From NCBI GenBank assembly GCA_020063525.1, contig JAGUUJ010000035.1:1-33235 (forward strand): DNA of 33,235 bases. Reading direction: 5' to 3'. The DNA comes from Candidatus Omnitrophota bacterium (GTDB lineage: Bacteria; Omnitrophota; Gorgyraeia; Gygaellales; Profunditerraquicolaceae). Made by a program: the position numbers and the translations under genes. Shown here in pieces: positions 1 through 10,030 of this stretch. Numbering within the stretch: position 1 is the first letter of the stretch; each line of letters starts with the position of its first letter. The notes under the pieces were generated by a model. That model did no database searches. It was given only the letters and a program-made list of their open reading frames with translations, and was not told the origin of the DNA.

Positions 1-510
1 CAGCGCGTTCCTACTACTGAGGCCCAGGGCCGCATTCATACTTCGACCGCGACAGTAGCGGTATTAATAGAGCCTGAAGAAGTAGATTTGGCTATTGACC
101 CGAAAGATTTAAGAATAGATACTTACAGGTCTTCGGGGCCGGGAGGACAGCATATGCAGAAAACCGACTCTGCAGTGAGAATTACGCATTTACCTACCGC
201 TACAGTGGTGGCCTGCCAGGATGAACGTTCGCAACTAAAAAATAAGAATAAAGCAATGAGAATCTTGCGCGCAAAGATTCTTGATATGAGGCAACAAGAA
301 GAGTTAAAAAAGATTTCACAAGCCAGAAAATCCCAGATCGGCTCAGGTGACCGCAGCGAAAAAATACGTACTTATAATTTCCCCGATCGGCGCGTAACTG
401 ACCACAGAATAAATCTCACCCTTCATCAATTAGAAGCAATATTAGAAGGTGACTTAGATGAACTATCCGATGCCTTGATAAAAGCAGCCCAGAGTAAAGC
501 CAATGAATGA
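1..510 (+). CDS. prfA: peptide chain release factor 1, C-terminal part (5' end outside window)
   Basis: Frame 1 is open from nt 1 ([21 protein letters not shown]...). It contains the GGQ motif ([23 protein letters not shown]). Stop TGA 508-510 overlaps the start of a prmC-like gene, the classic prfA-prmC pairing. Confidence 0.9.
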   Translation, partial: QRVPTTEAQGRIHTSTATVAVLIEPEEVDLAIDPKDLRIDTYRSSGPGGQHMQKTDSAVRITHLPTATVVACQDERSQLKNKNKAMRILRAKILDMRQQEELKKISQARKSQIGSGDRSEKIRTYNFPDRRVTDHRINLTLHQLEAILEGDLDELSDALIKAAQSKANE

Positions 511-1312
511 AACAGAACTATTGTTTACTGATATATTGAATTGTAATCGCCTGTCTTTATATCTAAATAAGGATATATTTTTAGATAGAGCCAAATCTTT
601 TCTGGTATCCTGTGTATTAAAAAGAAGAATCCGAGGTGAACCTTTACAGTACATATTAGGTAAAACAGAATTCATGGGTTTAGAGTTTAAAGTAACAGCC
701 GATGTATTTATACCCCGGCCCGAGACGGAGATACTGGTAGAACAAACAATAGATATAATTAAATTGTTAAATTGCCAAATTGTTAAATTGTTGGATATAG
801 GTACAGGTTCTGGTTGCATCACCGTATCTTTGGCGAAACTCTTGCCTAATGTTAAAATAACTGCTATAGATATTTCGCAGAAGGCTATAGAAATAGCCCA
901 ATATAACGCCTTATTAAATAATGTGTCCGATAAAATCAGATTGATTCATAGCAATTTATTTACAAGCTGCAATTTACAAGTTACAGGTTACGATATAATC
1001 GTTTCCAATCCGCCTTACATCCCTACCGCAGAAATTGAGACATTGCAGCCTGAGGTCAAATATGAACCGCACATTGCTTTAGACGGCGGTAAGGATGGTT
1101 TAGATTTTTATCGCCGTATAATTAACAAAGCGCATCGTTATTTAAAAAAAGATGGCTTTTTAATCATGGAGATGGGATTTAATCAAAAAGACGCTATAAA
1201 AAATATTTTTCAAAAGTCCGGATATTTTGAGATAATAGAGTTAATTAATGATTATAATAATATGGATAGAGTCATCATAGCAAAGAAGCGAGAGAGGGAA
1301 TGGATAAACTAG
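503..1312 (+). CDS. prmC: release factor glutamine N5-methyltransferase
   Basis: 269-aa ORF with a SAM-binding loop ([10 protein letters not shown]) and the NPPY motif (VSNPPYIP). ATG 503 overlaps the prfA stop. Confidence 0.9.
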   Translation: MNETELLFTDILNCNRLSLYLNKDIFLDRAKSFLVSCVLKRRIRGEPLQYILGKTEFMGLEFKVTADVFIPRPETEILVEQTIDIIKLLNCQIVKLLDIGTGSGCITVSLAKLLPNVKITAIDISQKAIEIAQYNALLNNVSDKIRLIHSNLFTSCNLQVTGYDIIVSNPPYIPTAEIETLQPEVKYEPHIALDGGKDGLDFYRRIINKAHRYLKKDGFLIMEMGFNQKDAIKNIFQKSGYFEIIELINDYNNMDRVIIAKKREREWIN

Positions 1313-2562
1313 TTATTGAAGGCGGGGTAAAGTTAAAAGGTGAGGTGGTTATCTCTGGCTCTAAGAATGCGGTATTGCCTATACTTGCTGCAACTTTGTT
1401 GACGGACGAACCATGTGTTATTAAAAATGTACCGAACTTACGCGACACTAACACGATGTTAAAGATTTTACGTTCTTTAGGCAAGAATGTCGAGTTTAAT
1501 AAAGGTATTGTCACTGTTAGCTCTACTAGGCATACAAGCTTCATTGCTGATTATAAATTAGTTTCGACCATGCGCGCGTCTTTTTGCGTTTTAGGTCCCA
1601 TCCTTGCTAAACTCAAAAAAGCCAAGGTTTCCTTACCGGGCGGATGTATTATTGGTGTGCGGCCGGTAGATTTACATCTCAAAGGAATTAAATCGTTAGG
1701 TGCAGATATTACTATCGAATCGGGTTATGTACACGCAAAAGCAAGCCAGCTCAAAGGCAGCCAGGTATATTTAGGGGGTGTTTATGGTTCATCGGTTTTA
1801 GCTACTGACAATGTAATGATGGCAGCTACTTTAGCAAAGGGGGAGACCATAATTGAATCTGCAGCTTGTGAACCAGAGGTAGCGGATTTAGCGGAATTCC
1901 TGATTAAGATGGGTGCTAAGATAAAAGGCCACGGCACACCCATTATAGAGATAGAAGGGGTAAGGCAGTTACACGGCGCTGAACATTCAATAATTCCTGA
2001 TAGGATAGAGGCAGGTACATTGATGGTGGCATCACTGATTACTAAAGGAGATATCACCATAAAGAATGTTTTTTATCAGCATCTTGGTGCCGTGGTGGAT
2101 AAATTAGAAGAGGCAGGGGCCTCTATAAGCAAAACAGATTCTTCGCTTCGTGTGCGTCTTAAAAGGAAACTGAAGGCCATAAATGTTACTACTCTGCCTT
2201 ATCCGGGTTTTCCTACAGATATGCAGGCGCAGATTATGAGCCTGATGAGCATTACACCGGGCATAAGCGTGATTACCGAGAAGATTTATCCGGACCGATT
2301 TATGCATGTAGCTGAACTTAACCGTATGGGCGCACATATCCAGCGGGAAGGCCCGCATGCAATAGTAGAGGGCGTAAAACAATTATCCGGGGCGCCGGTC
2401 ATGGCCTCAGATTTACGCGCATCGGCGTCTCTGGTGTTAGCCGGATTAGTAGCGCGCGGCAGGACGTCGGTATCAAGGATCTATCATTTAGAGCGCGGAT
2501 ATGAGAATATGGAGAAGAAATTACAAGTGCTGGGCGCAAAAATTTGGAGAGAGAAAGAATGA
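1300..2562 (+). CDS. murA: UDP-N-acetylglucosamine 1-carboxyvinyltransferase
   Basis: 420 aa. N-terminus [31 protein letters not shown]. Active-site Cys loop LPGGCIIGVRPVDLHL. C-terminal ERGYENMEKKLQVLGAKI. ATG 1300 overlaps the prmC stop. Confidence 0.95.
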   Translation: MDKLVIEGGVKLKGEVVISGSKNAVLPILAATLLTDEPCVIKNVPNLRDTNTMLKILRSLGKNVEFNKGIVTVSSTRHTSFIADYKLVSTMRASFCVLGPILAKLKKAKVSLPGGCIIGVRPVDLHLKGIKSLGADITIESGYVHAKASQLKGSQVYLGGVYGSSVLATDNVMMAATLAKGETIIESAACEPEVADLAEFLIKMGAKIKGHGTPIIEIEGVRQLHGAEHSIIPDRIEAGTLMVASLITKGDITIKNVFYQHLGAVVDKLEEAGASISKTDSSLRVRLKRKLKAINVTTLPYPGFPTDMQAQIMSLMSITPGISVITEKIYPDRFMHVAELNRMGAHIQREGPHAIVEGVKQLSGAPVMASDLRASASLVLAGLVARGRTSVSRIYHLERGYENMEKKLQVLGAKIWREKE

Positions 2563-3122
2563 TTTTAATGATTGATAATTATGACTCCTTTACCTATAAT
2601 CTCGTCCAATACTTAGGGGCACTGGGTGGGAATATTAAGGTATTTAGAAACGATAAGATCACTATAAATAAGATTAAGAAGCTTGGGCCGGCCAGAATTG
2701 TTATTTCACCGGGGCCTGGCAGACCGGAAGACGCAGGTATTTCCTGTGATGTAATCAGAGAATTTGCAGGTAAAATTCCTATATTAGGAGTGTGCCTGGG
2801 CCATCAATGTTTAGGTTTCGTATACGCAGGACGAATTATAGGCGCAAAAAAACTTATGCACGGGAAAACCTCTATTATTTATCATAATCAAAAGACCATA
2901 TTTCGCGGCATACCTAATCCATTTGAAGCTACGCGTTACCATTCCTTGATTGTAGAGAAAAAGACCTTGCCAGAATGTTTGGAGATAACTGCCTGGACGA
3001 GGGAATTTGAAATTATGGGTTTAAAGCATAAAAAGTATCCTCTCTGGGGAGTGCAGTTTCATCCTGAATCTATACTGACTAAAGTAGGAAAAGATATATT
3101 GTCTAATTTCCTCAAACAATGA
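2559..3122 (+). CDS. trpG: anthranilate synthase component II / aminodeoxychorismate synthase glutamine amidotransferase
   Basis: Class-I amidotransferase: MILMIDNYDSFTYNLVQYL, catalytic GVCLGHQ, FHPES. I place the start at ATG 2559 (ATGA overlap with the murA stop, GGAGAGAG upstream) rather than TTG 2544 from the ORF track. Confidence 0.85.
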   Translation: MILMIDNYDSFTYNLVQYLGALGGNIKVFRNDKITINKIKKLGPARIVISPGPGRPEDAGISCDVIREFAGKIPILGVCLGHQCLGFVYAGRIIGAKKLMHGKTSIIYHNQKTIFRGIPNPFEATRYHSLIVEKKTLPECLEITAWTREFEIMGLKHKKYPLWGVQFHPESILTKVGKDILSNFLKQ

Positions 3123-4132
3123 TACAAGAGGCCACAGAAATATTATCAAGAGGCAATGACTTGACCGCGACTCAAATGCAAGCGGTTATGGAAGAGATTA
3201 TGACCGGTAAAGCAGATACCGGTCAGATTGTTTCTTTTTTAACTGTTTTAAATAAAAAAGGCGAAACAGTGGAAGAGATTACTGTTGCAGCATCTGTTAT
3301 GCGTAGGCACGTTACCACAATCCATATAGATAAAGAACCGCTTCTGGATACCTGCGGAACAGGCGGAGATAGAAAAGGCACTTTTAATGTTTCCACAGTT
3401 GTGGCTTTTGTGGCGAGCGGCTGCGGGATTACTGTTGCCAAACACGGTAATCGTTCTGTATCGAGCTCGTGCGGCAGCGCAGACATATTAGAGGCATTAG
3501 GCATAAATATCAATATGGCTGCAAAAATGATAGAGAGATGCCTGAATGATATTGGGATTGCTTTTTTATTTGCGCCTAATTTACACCCGGCCATGAAATA
3601 TGCTATGCCTGCAAGAAAACAAATAGGAACCAGGACTATATTTAATATTTTAGGCCCTTTGACTAATCCTGCAGGAGCAACGCATCAGTTGGTCGGAGTA
3701 TACGACCGCCATTGGACAAATATATTAGCTACAGTATTAGGAAAGCTTGGGACAATACATGCACTGGTTGTGCATAGCGAAGACGGTCTTGATGAAATAA
3801 CTACTACTGCTAAGACATATATTTCGGAGGAATATAAAGGCAAATTAAATAGTTATGAAATAAATCCTGAAGACTTAGGTTTTAAGAAAGTTAAATTAGA
3901 GGATTTAAAAGGTGGTGCAGTTACCGATAATGTGAAAATAGCGCTTGATGTCTTAAAGGGAAAACCCGGACCCCATCGGGATATAGTATTATTAAATGCC
4001 GCCGCTGCCATATATGTTGCCGATAAGGCAAAGTCCATCAAGGAAGGAATAGAATTAGCTGCTGAATCCATAGATAAAGGAAGGGCATTAAAGAAATTAG
4101 AATTGTTTAAAGAGCGTTCACTACAAAGCTAA
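3119..4132 (+). CDS. trpD: anthranilate phosphoribosyltransferase
   Basis: 337 aa with DTCGTGGD and KHGNRS motifs. ATGA overlap with the trpG stop. Confidence 0.93.
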   Translation: MIQEATEILSRGNDLTATQMQAVMEEIMTGKADTGQIVSFLTVLNKKGETVEEITVAASVMRRHVTTIHIDKEPLLDTCGTGGDRKGTFNVSTVVAFVASGCGITVAKHGNRSVSSSCGSADILEALGININMAAKMIERCLNDIGIAFLFAPNLHPAMKYAMPARKQIGTRTIFNILGPLTNPAGATHQLVGVYDRHWTNILATVLGKLGTIHALVVHSEDGLDEITTTAKTYISEEYKGKLNSYEINPEDLGFKKVKLEDLKGGAVTDNVKIALDVLKGKPGPHRDIVLLNAAAAIYVADKAKSIKEGIELAAESIDKGRALKKLELFKERSLQS

Positions 4133-4921
4133 ATGAAGAAAGTTGACGCTTTAAAAGAAATCATTGCCAAAAAGAAAGAAAAAATTCTTTTAGTCAAGCA
4201 GCAGCTTTCTGAAGATGATTTAAAATCCAAGGCACAGAATCTTTCTCCTTGCCGCCATTTTATAGAAGCTATAAGTAAATCTAAACAGATCTCGCTTATT
4301 GCTGAGATAAAGAAACAATCTCCCTCCCGAGGCATAATCCGGCAGGATTTTAATCTGCAGGAAATAGCCCGCATTTATCAAGATTGCGGTGTGCAGGCCA
4401 TATCCGTATTGACTGAAGAGGATTATTTTGGCGGAAACATTTCTTACATCAACGAGGTCAAAAATATTGTTAACTGCCCTATTTTAAGAAAGGATTTTAT
4501 CTTAGAGCCTTATCAGGTTTATGAATCGCGGTTCTACGGCGCAGATGCCATACTTTTGATTGCAGATTTATTATCCAAAGAAAAATTATCCGAGTTAATG
4601 CAAATCGCCCAAGAGTTGGGGCTTGCAAGTTTAGTGGAAGTCCATAACGAGAAGGAATTAAAAAAGGTTTTAGGCTTAAAAGTACCCTTAATAGGAATAA
4701 ATAACCGTGATTTACACACACTAGAAGTGGATTTTAAGATTGTAGAGAAATTGTTCCCCTTAATCCCTAAAGATCAAGCTGTGGTTGTAGAGAGCGGCAT
4801 CAAGAGCTATCAGGATGTATTATTTTTAAAGATATTGGGTGTAAGTGCAGTTTTGATTGGCGAGGCTTTTATGGAAGCGCAGGATATAAAGAAGAAAGTG
4901 GAAGAGATAATGGGATGGTGA
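4133..4921 (+). CDS. trpC: indole-3-glycerol-phosphate synthase
   Basis: 262 aa. IAEIKKQSPSRG motif and a TIM-barrel IGPS pattern (GINNRDL, VVESGI). Starts directly after the trpD stop. Confidence 0.93.
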   Translation: MKKVDALKEIIAKKKEKILLVKQQLSEDDLKSKAQNLSPCRHFIEAISKSKQISLIAEIKKQSPSRGIIRQDFNLQEIARIYQDCGVQAISVLTEEDYFGGNISYINEVKNIVNCPILRKDFILEPYQVYESRFYGADAILLIADLLSKEKLSELMQIAQELGLASLVEVHNEKELKKVLGLKVPLIGINNRDLHTLEVDFKIVEKLFPLIPKDQAVVVESGIKSYQDVLFLKILGVSAVLIGEAFMEAQDIKKKVEEIMGW

Positions 4922-4924
4922 ATT

Positions 4925-4948
4925 TAGCTCATAGCTCATAGCTCATAG
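4925..4948. repeat. (TAGCTCA)x3 + TAG heptamer tandem repeat in the trpC-trpF spacer
   Basis: Direct reading: tagctca tagctca tagctca tag. TAG recurs every 7 nt, so stops fall in all three + frames. Confidence 0.9.
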
Positions 4949-4954
4949 TATATA

Positions 4955-5578
4955 ATGGTTAAGGTAAAGATATGCGGGATAACCAATTTAGAAGATGCTT
5001 TAAATTCCGTAAAAGCCGGTTGCAATGCCTTAGGATTTGTGTTTTACCGAAAGAGTCCGCGCTATATTACGCCTGAGAAGGCCAGCCAGATAGTCAAACA
5101 TATACCAGCGCATATTTTAAAGATCGGTGTGTTTGTCAATGCCAAAGAAAAAACCATTAAACGCATAGCCAAATTATGCAACCTGGATATGTTACAATTT
5201 CATGGCAATGAATCACCGCAATTTTGTAAGAAATTTAAAGGCTATAAAATAATCAAGGCATTCAGGGTGAAAGGTAAAATAGAGGTAAAAAATTTATTGC
5301 ATTATAAAACTTTTGCCTATCTTTTTGATACATTTGTAAAATCAAAGATGGGTGGAACAGGTAAAAAGTTTAACTGGACGCGGGTTCGGCATTTGGAAGA
5401 TTTTTATAAACCGATATTTTTGTCCGGCGGGCTTGATGCGAGGAATGTAACAGAGGCGATAAAGCAGGTACGTCCAGATTGGTTAGATGTTTCCACTTCT
5501 GTTGAGATAAAACCCGGGAAGAAAGACTATAATAAGGTAAAAGAGTTCATTGAAGCAGTTAAGAAAACTGCTCTTTAG
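4955..5578 (+). CDS. trpF: phosphoribosylanthranilate isomerase
   Basis: 207 aa. Canonical N-terminus MVKVKICGIT, LQFHGNE, GGTGKKFNW, FLSGGL. Confidence 0.9.
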   Translation: MVKVKICGITNLEDALNSVKAGCNALGFVFYRKSPRYITPEKASQIVKHIPAHILKIGVFVNAKEKTIKRIAKLCNLDMLQFHGNESPQFCKKFKGYKIIKAFRVKGKIEVKNLLHYKTFAYLFDTFVKSKMGGTGKKFNWTRVRHLEDFYKPIFLSGGLDARNVTEAIKQVRPDWLDVSTSVEIKPGKKDYNKVKEFIEAVKKTAL

Positions 5579-5583
5579 ATATT

Positions 5584-5644
5584 TACTAGGGACTGTCCCC
5601 GACACAGCTAATCTATGAAGAACCTAAGGGGACTGTCCCTAGTA
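5584..5644 (+). repeat. conserved junction hairpin, family 1 (GGGACTGTCCC arms), copy 1
   Basis: Arms tactagggactgtcccc (5584-5600) and ggggactgtccctagta (5628-5644) are complementary over 17 nt, with one central T/T mismatch and a 27-nt loop. A second copy lies at 32160-32214. Confidence 0.8.
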
Positions 5645-5674
5645 GTTGCTAAAATAACAACATAAGCTATTGAA

Positions 5675-5703
5675 TTGACTGTTATTTATTTTTAGCCTAT
5701 AAT
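5675..5703 (+). promoter_or_regulatory. sigma70-type promoter for trpBA (TTGACT-17-TATAAT)
   Basis: TTGACT 5675-5680, 17-nt spacer, TATAAT 5698-5703. It sits 28 nt upstream of the trpB ATG, which has a GAGAGG Shine-Dalgarno. Confidence 0.55.
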
Positions 5704-5730
5704 AGCGCACATATCAGAAGAGAGGTTTAT

Positions 5731-6912
5731 ATGTTACCGGATAAAAAAGGACATTTTAACGGTTTTGGCGGCAGGTTTGTGCCTGAAACGCTTATTTATG
5801 CCCTCGACGAATTAGAAAGAGAGTATAAAAAGGCGCGCCACGATAAAAAGTTTATTCAAAAACTTGATTATTACCTCAGGGAATATGCCGGTCGTCCTAC
5901 GCCTCTATATCTCGCCCAAAACCTCAGCAGATATTTAGGTATAAATAAGATTTATCTTAAAAGAGAGGACCTGCTTCATACAGGTGCGCATAAGATAAAT
6001 AATACTTTGGGCCAGGTTCTGCTCGCGCTTCGAATGAACAAGAAACGTATTATTGCCGAAACCGGCGCAGGTCAGCACGGAGTAGCTACTGCTACGGTAG
6101 CGGCGATGTTTGGGCTTGAATGCGATATCTATATGGGCGAAGAAGATATCGAGAGACAAAGATTAAATGTCTTTCGGATGAAACTTCTGGATGCAAGAGT
6201 AATACCGGTTAAGAGCGGCTCAAAGACATTAAAGGATGCTACTACCGAAGCGTTAAGGGATTGGGTAACTAATGTCAGCACTACACATTATATCATTGGT
6301 TCTGTAGTTGGGCCGCACCCATATCCGATGATAGTCAGAGATTTCCAATCAATACTTGGCCGCGAGGCAAAACAACAGATATTAAAGAAGGAAAATAGAT
6401 TGCCTGACGAGCTTGTAGCTTGCGTGGGCGGTGGTAGTAATTCCATAGGATTATTTCATCCGTTCTTCAAAGATAAAAAGGTAAAATTTATTGGTGTTGA
6501 GGCAGCGGGGATGGGCCTTGCATCAGGAAAGCATGCTGCTACTTTAGTCGCAGGGAAGCCAGGTGTTTTACACGGTTCTAAATCCGATCTTTTAGAAGAT
6601 AAGTTTGGCCAGGTAAAAATTGCTCATTCTATTGCTGCAGGTCTTGATTATCCAGGCGTTGGGCCGGAGCATGCCTATTATAAGAAGATAGGCAGGGCAA
6701 GTTACGTTGCAGTCAGCGACAAAGAGGCATTGGAAGGTTTTAAGTTATTGTCTGAGATAGAAGGGATAATTCCTGCTTTGGAGCCTGCGCATGCCATATT
6801 CTACTTAACCAAGATGGCAAAAAAGATTAATAAAGATTCCATTATTATTCTTTGCCTTTCCGGCAGAGGAGACAAGGACTTGGATATTGTAGTGAGGAGT
6901 TTAAGGCTATGA
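5731..6912 (+). CDS. trpB: tryptophan synthase beta chain
   Basis: 393 aa. PLP-lysine motif [28 protein letters not shown]. Confidence 0.95.
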   Translation: MLPDKKGHFNGFGGRFVPETLIYALDELEREYKKARHDKKFIQKLDYYLREYAGRPTPLYLAQNLSRYLGINKIYLKREDLLHTGAHKINNTLGQVLLALRMNKKRIIAETGAGQHGVATATVAAMFGLECDIYMGEEDIERQRLNVFRMKLLDARVIPVKSGSKTLKDATTEALRDWVTNVSTTHYIIGSVVGPHPYPMIVRDFQSILGREAKQQILKKENRLPDELVACVGGGSNSIGLFHPFFKDKKVKFIGVEAAGMGLASGKHAATLVAGKPGVLHGSKSDLLEDKFGQVKIAHSIAAGLDYPGVGPEHAYYKKIGRASYVAVSDKEALEGFKLLSEIEGIIPALEPAHAIFYLTKMAKKINKDSIIILCLSGRGDKDLDIVVRSLRL

Positions 6913-7694
6913 ATCGTATTGACCAGAGATTCCACTCATTAAGAAGACAGAATAAAAAGGCATTTATTGTCTTTATTACTGCCGGCTATCCCAACCTCAA
7001 TATTACAAAGAAACTAATATTGGAATTTGCTAAAATCGGTGTGGATATTATAGAACTGGGCGTTCCTTTTTCCGATCCTTTAGCAGACGGTCCGATTATC
7101 CAGGAGGCATCACAGACAGCTTTAAAAAGAGGAGTTAATCTTAATAATATATTAAATTTAGTAAAGATGGTCCGGAAAGATATAGGTATACCATTGTGTC
7201 TTATGACTTATTACAATCCTATATTTTGTTTTGGCGAAGAGAGATTTGTCAGGAAAGCTGCTGCCTGCGGCGTAGATGGTATAATCATACCTGACCTTCC
7301 TCCCGAAGAAGGCAAATCTTTTATCAGATTAGCCAATAAATTTGATTTAGATACCATATTTTTTCTTTCTCCGACGACTACGCGTGAGCGTATAAAATTC
7401 GTATCCGGTGTTTCCCGGGGATTTATTTATTATGTTTCTTTAACCGGAGTTACCGGGCCACGCCAAAATCTTCCTAAGGATCTCATAAATAAGCTAAAGG
7501 TAATTAAGAAGTTTACTGCTAAGCCTGTCTGTGTCGGATTCGGCGTATCCCGCGCCGAACAAGTAAAAGCGATTTACAAAATTGCTGATGGCGTAATAGT
7601 CGGCAGCGCTATTATTAAGAAAATCAGAGAAAATATAGATAAACCAGATTTAGCCAAAAGGGTCGGTAGATTCGTTTCTGGTTTACTGGGATAA
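6909..7694 (+). CDS. trpA: tryptophan synthase alpha chain
   Basis: [17 protein letters not shown] motif. Start placed at ATG 6909 (MNRIDQRF..., ATGA overlap with the trpB stop). The ORF-track start at 6852 lies inside trpB. Confidence 0.9.
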   Translation: MNRIDQRFHSLRRQNKKAFIVFITAGYPNLNITKKLILEFAKIGVDIIELGVPFSDPLADGPIIQEASQTALKRGVNLNNILNLVKMVRKDIGIPLCLMTYYNPIFCFGEERFVRKAAACGVDGIIIPDLPPEEGKSFIRLANKFDLDTIFFLSPTTTRERIKFVSGVSRGFIYYVSLTGVTGPRQNLPKDLINKLKVIKKFTAKPVCVGFGVSRAEQVKAIYKIADGVIVGSAIIKKIRENIDKPDLAKRVGRFVSGLLG

Positions 7695-7699
7695 ATTCA

Positions 7700-8974
7700 A
7701 TGTATAAAAAGACAATATTAGAAAATGGCTTGAGAATTATTACTCATCCTATGAAGAGGATGCAATCTGCGGCTTTGGGTATCTGGATAAAGGTAGGCGG
7801 CAGGTATGAGACGCCTGACTATAAAGGCATTGCCCATTTTTTAGAACACCTCGCCTTTAAGGGGAGTAAAAAATATTCCTGCCGCAGGATAAAAGAATCA
7901 ATCGAAGGGGTGGGGGGTTCTTTAAACGGATTTACTTCTGAAGAACTGACTTGTTATTTGGTGAAATTACCGAACTTGCATCTGGGTTTAGCACTGGATG
8001 TTTTATCGGATATGGTCATAAATCCTATATTGCATCCGGAAGAGATTGGAAAGGAGAGGACTGTAATCCAAGAAGAAATAAAAATGTATAAAGATTTGCC
8101 TCAGAGTTATGTTTATGAATTACTCGATGAACTCTTATGGCCTAATCAGCCTCTTGGCATGACTATAATAGGCACAGTTGAGTCTATTAGCCGTATAAAT
8201 AAAGAAAACCTCTCTTTATTTAAGAATCAATATTACGTTCCTTCAAATATAGTAGTTAGCGCTGCGGGTTTATTAGAGCATAATAAGTTCACAAACAGGA
8301 TAAGGAATATTTTTTCTTCTCTTAAAAGTAGGAATGTAAGCACATTCCTTAGAGTTAAAGAAGAACAGCATCAGCCACAATTGAAGCTATTGCATAAAGA
8401 TACGGAGCAGACACACCTGGCTTTGGGATTCCATAGTTTTAGAAGAGACCATCCTTTAAGATATGCACTTGGACTTTTACACATAATATTAGGTGCGAAT
8501 ATGTCCAGCCGCCTGTTTAATGAATTGAGAGAGAAAAGAGGTTTAGCTTATGAAATCGGCACACAGGTTAAATATTTTCAAGACACAGGTGCATTTATTG
8601 TGCATGCCGGTATTGATAATCGTAAAGTTAATGAGTCAGTAAAACTGATTTTAAAAGAATTAGAAAAAGCTAAGCATAAACTGATAAGTATCGATGAATT
8701 TAAGCGCGCAAAAGAATTCTATTTAGGGCAACTTGCGCTTTCTTTGGAAGAAACGTTAGACAATATGCTCTGGATCGGCGAATCCACAGCCACGCTCGAT
8801 GAGGTTTATTCCTTAAAAGACATAACGAAAAAAATAAATAAGATAAGGCGCGAAGATATCCGTAAGGTTGCTGATTATATATTTCAAGAAAAAAGTTTAA
8901 ACCTTGCACTTATCGGCCCCTTTAAAGATAGCGAACAGAGCCTTTACAGTCAGCTAAAGGCTCGATTAAGATAA
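7700..8974 (+). CDS. M16 family zinc metallopeptidase (pitrilysin-like)
   Basis: 424 aa with the inverted zinc motif HxxEH (HFLEHLAFKG) followed by the downstream REKRGLAYE region typical of M16 peptidases. Confidence 0.85.
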   Translation: MYKKTILENGLRIITHPMKRMQSAALGIWIKVGGRYETPDYKGIAHFLEHLAFKGSKKYSCRRIKESIEGVGGSLNGFTSEELTCYLVKLPNLHLGLALDVLSDMVINPILHPEEIGKERTVIQEEIKMYKDLPQSYVYELLDELLWPNQPLGMTIIGTVESISRINKENLSLFKNQYYVPSNIVVSAAGLLEHNKFTNRIRNIFSSLKSRNVSTFLRVKEEQHQPQLKLLHKDTEQTHLALGFHSFRRDHPLRYALGLLHIILGANMSSRLFNELREKRGLAYEIGTQVKYFQDTGAFIVHAGIDNRKVNESVKLILKELEKAKHKLISIDEFKRAKEFYLGQLALSLEETLDNMLWIGESTATLDEVYSLKDITKKINKIRREDIRKVADYIFQEKSLNLALIGPFKDSEQSLYSQLKARLR

Positions 8975-10002
8975 TGCCCTCTGTATTCTCTATATACCCA
9001 ATAGTATTAATATTTTTATTCCTCTTGGCACTCGCGTCTTTTTTCTTTTCTGCTTCTGAGACTGCAGTTATAGGCTTAAGTAAAATCCGTCTGCGCCATA
9101 TGATTACAAAAGGGATAAAGCATGCCCAAAGTATTCACCGGCTGGTAACAAAGTTAGATAAATTTATCGCAGCTATTTTAATCGGTAATAATTTTGCGAA
9201 TATTGCCATATCTGCTATTGTAACGGCAATATTTGTGCATATATTGGGTTATAATTGGGGCGTAATTGTTGCTACATTGTTATCGGCATTATTTATACTT
9301 ATTCTTTGTGATATAACCCCCAAAATATTGGCTACTAAACACACAGAAAGAATTGCCCTGTTCACCGCACCCATTATGGAGGTATTTATTAAGGTATTCC
9401 ATCCGATTATTCTTTTCTTTACCGGCACCAGCAACCTTATCTTAAAGATATTTAGGATAGGGGTTACCAAGAGATCGCCTTTAATTACCGAGGAAGAATT
9501 ACGCATGATGATTGAAATCGGGAAGGAAGAAGGAGCCCTTAGCGATGAAGAGCGGAAGATGCTGCATCGTATTTTTGAGTTCGGCGATACAAAGGTAAGC
9601 GAAGTAATGGTTCCGAAAGAGAAAATTATCGGCATCAATATAAATTCTACCCCTGAAGAATTATTGAATATTTTTGTGGAAGAAGGCCATGCCCGATTAC
9701 CTGTTTATGAAAGTTCTGTTGATAACATTATCGGTATAATGTATGCTAGAGATTTACTTTATGTACTGAGGGATAAGGGCCTATTTGTATTGCATGACCT
9801 CGTACACAAGGCATACTGTGTACCCGGCACATTGCGGGTGAATGAGATACTGAAAAGATTTCAGATAGATAAAGTTCAGATTGCTATTGTGGTCGATGAA
9901 CACAATAGGACAATTGGCTTGGTAACATTGGAGGATTTAATTGAAGAAATCGTTGGTGAGCTCGAAGAAGAACATACCAACCACGCTTTAGATAAGAATT
10001 GA
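8974..10002 (+). CDS. CNNM/DUF21 membrane protein with tandem CBS domains (no CorC_HlyC tail)
   Basis: The N-terminal ~180 aa carry four hydrophobic segments. A CBS-pair-like region follows (VSEVMVPKEKI...LPVY...GIMYARDLL...VDEHNRTIGLVTLEDLIEEIVGE). ATG shares one nt with the M16 stop (TAATG). Confidence 0.8.
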   Translation: MPSVFSIYPIVLIFLFLLALASFFFSASETAVIGLSKIRLRHMITKGIKHAQSIHRLVTKLDKFIAAILIGNNFANIAISAIVTAIFVHILGYNWGVIVATLLSALFILILCDITPKILATKHTERIALFTAPIMEVFIKVFHPIILFFTGTSNLILKIFRIGVTKRSPLITEEELRMMIEIGKEEGALSDEERKMLHRIFEFGDTKVSEVMVPKEKIIGININSTPEELLNIFVEEGHARLPVYESSVDNIIGIMYARDLLYVLRDKGLFVLHDLVHKAYCVPGTLRVNEILKRFQIDKVQIAIVVDEHNRTIGLVTLEDLIEEIVGELEEEHTNHALDKN

Positions 10003-10030
10003 TTGACCCCGCACCTTAATTGTGTATAAT
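10003..10030 (+). promoter_or_regulatory. sigma70-type promoter (TTGACC-16-TATAAT) embedded in the hairpin after the CNNM gene
   Basis: TTGACC 10003-10008, 16-nt spacer, TATAAT 10025-10030. The -35 lies in the 5' arm and the -10 in the loop of the 10006-10054 hairpin. Confidence 0.5.

Noticed and set aside
463-822. 119-aa ORF antisense to prfA/prmC. Many similar minus-strand ORFs appear in the track, e.g. 1275-1544, 1782-2060, 3223-3594, 9249-9638, 13093-13521, 20320-20943, 25537-26013, 29185-29799 and 31217-31558.
   Set aside because: Each lies fully inside a well-supported gene on the opposite strand. They have low-complexity or Ser/Ile/Leu-rich translations with no recognisable motifs and lack Shine-Dalgarno sequences. 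They are shadow ORFs typical of AT-rich coding DNA.
5579-5730. Trp attenuator, T-box or TRAP site in the trpF-trpB spacer.
   Set aside because: The spacer is too short for a T-box. It has no leader peptide with Trp codons and no (G/U)AG triplet array. The hairpin belongs to a repeat family that also occurs in the rib operon.
6852-6908. Longer N-termini suggested by the ORF track for trpA (6852), ribH (29249), rpsO (18819), trpG (2544) and the cinA/pncC-like gene (27832).
   Set aside because: The extensions lie inside the preceding gene, promoter or riboswitch and add non-family residues. Internal starts give canonical protein lengths with a Shine-Dalgarno (rpsO, ribH, trpG) or ATGA stop/start coupling (trpA, trpG). 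The pncC start has neither and was chosen because the longer ORF runs through the rib promoter.
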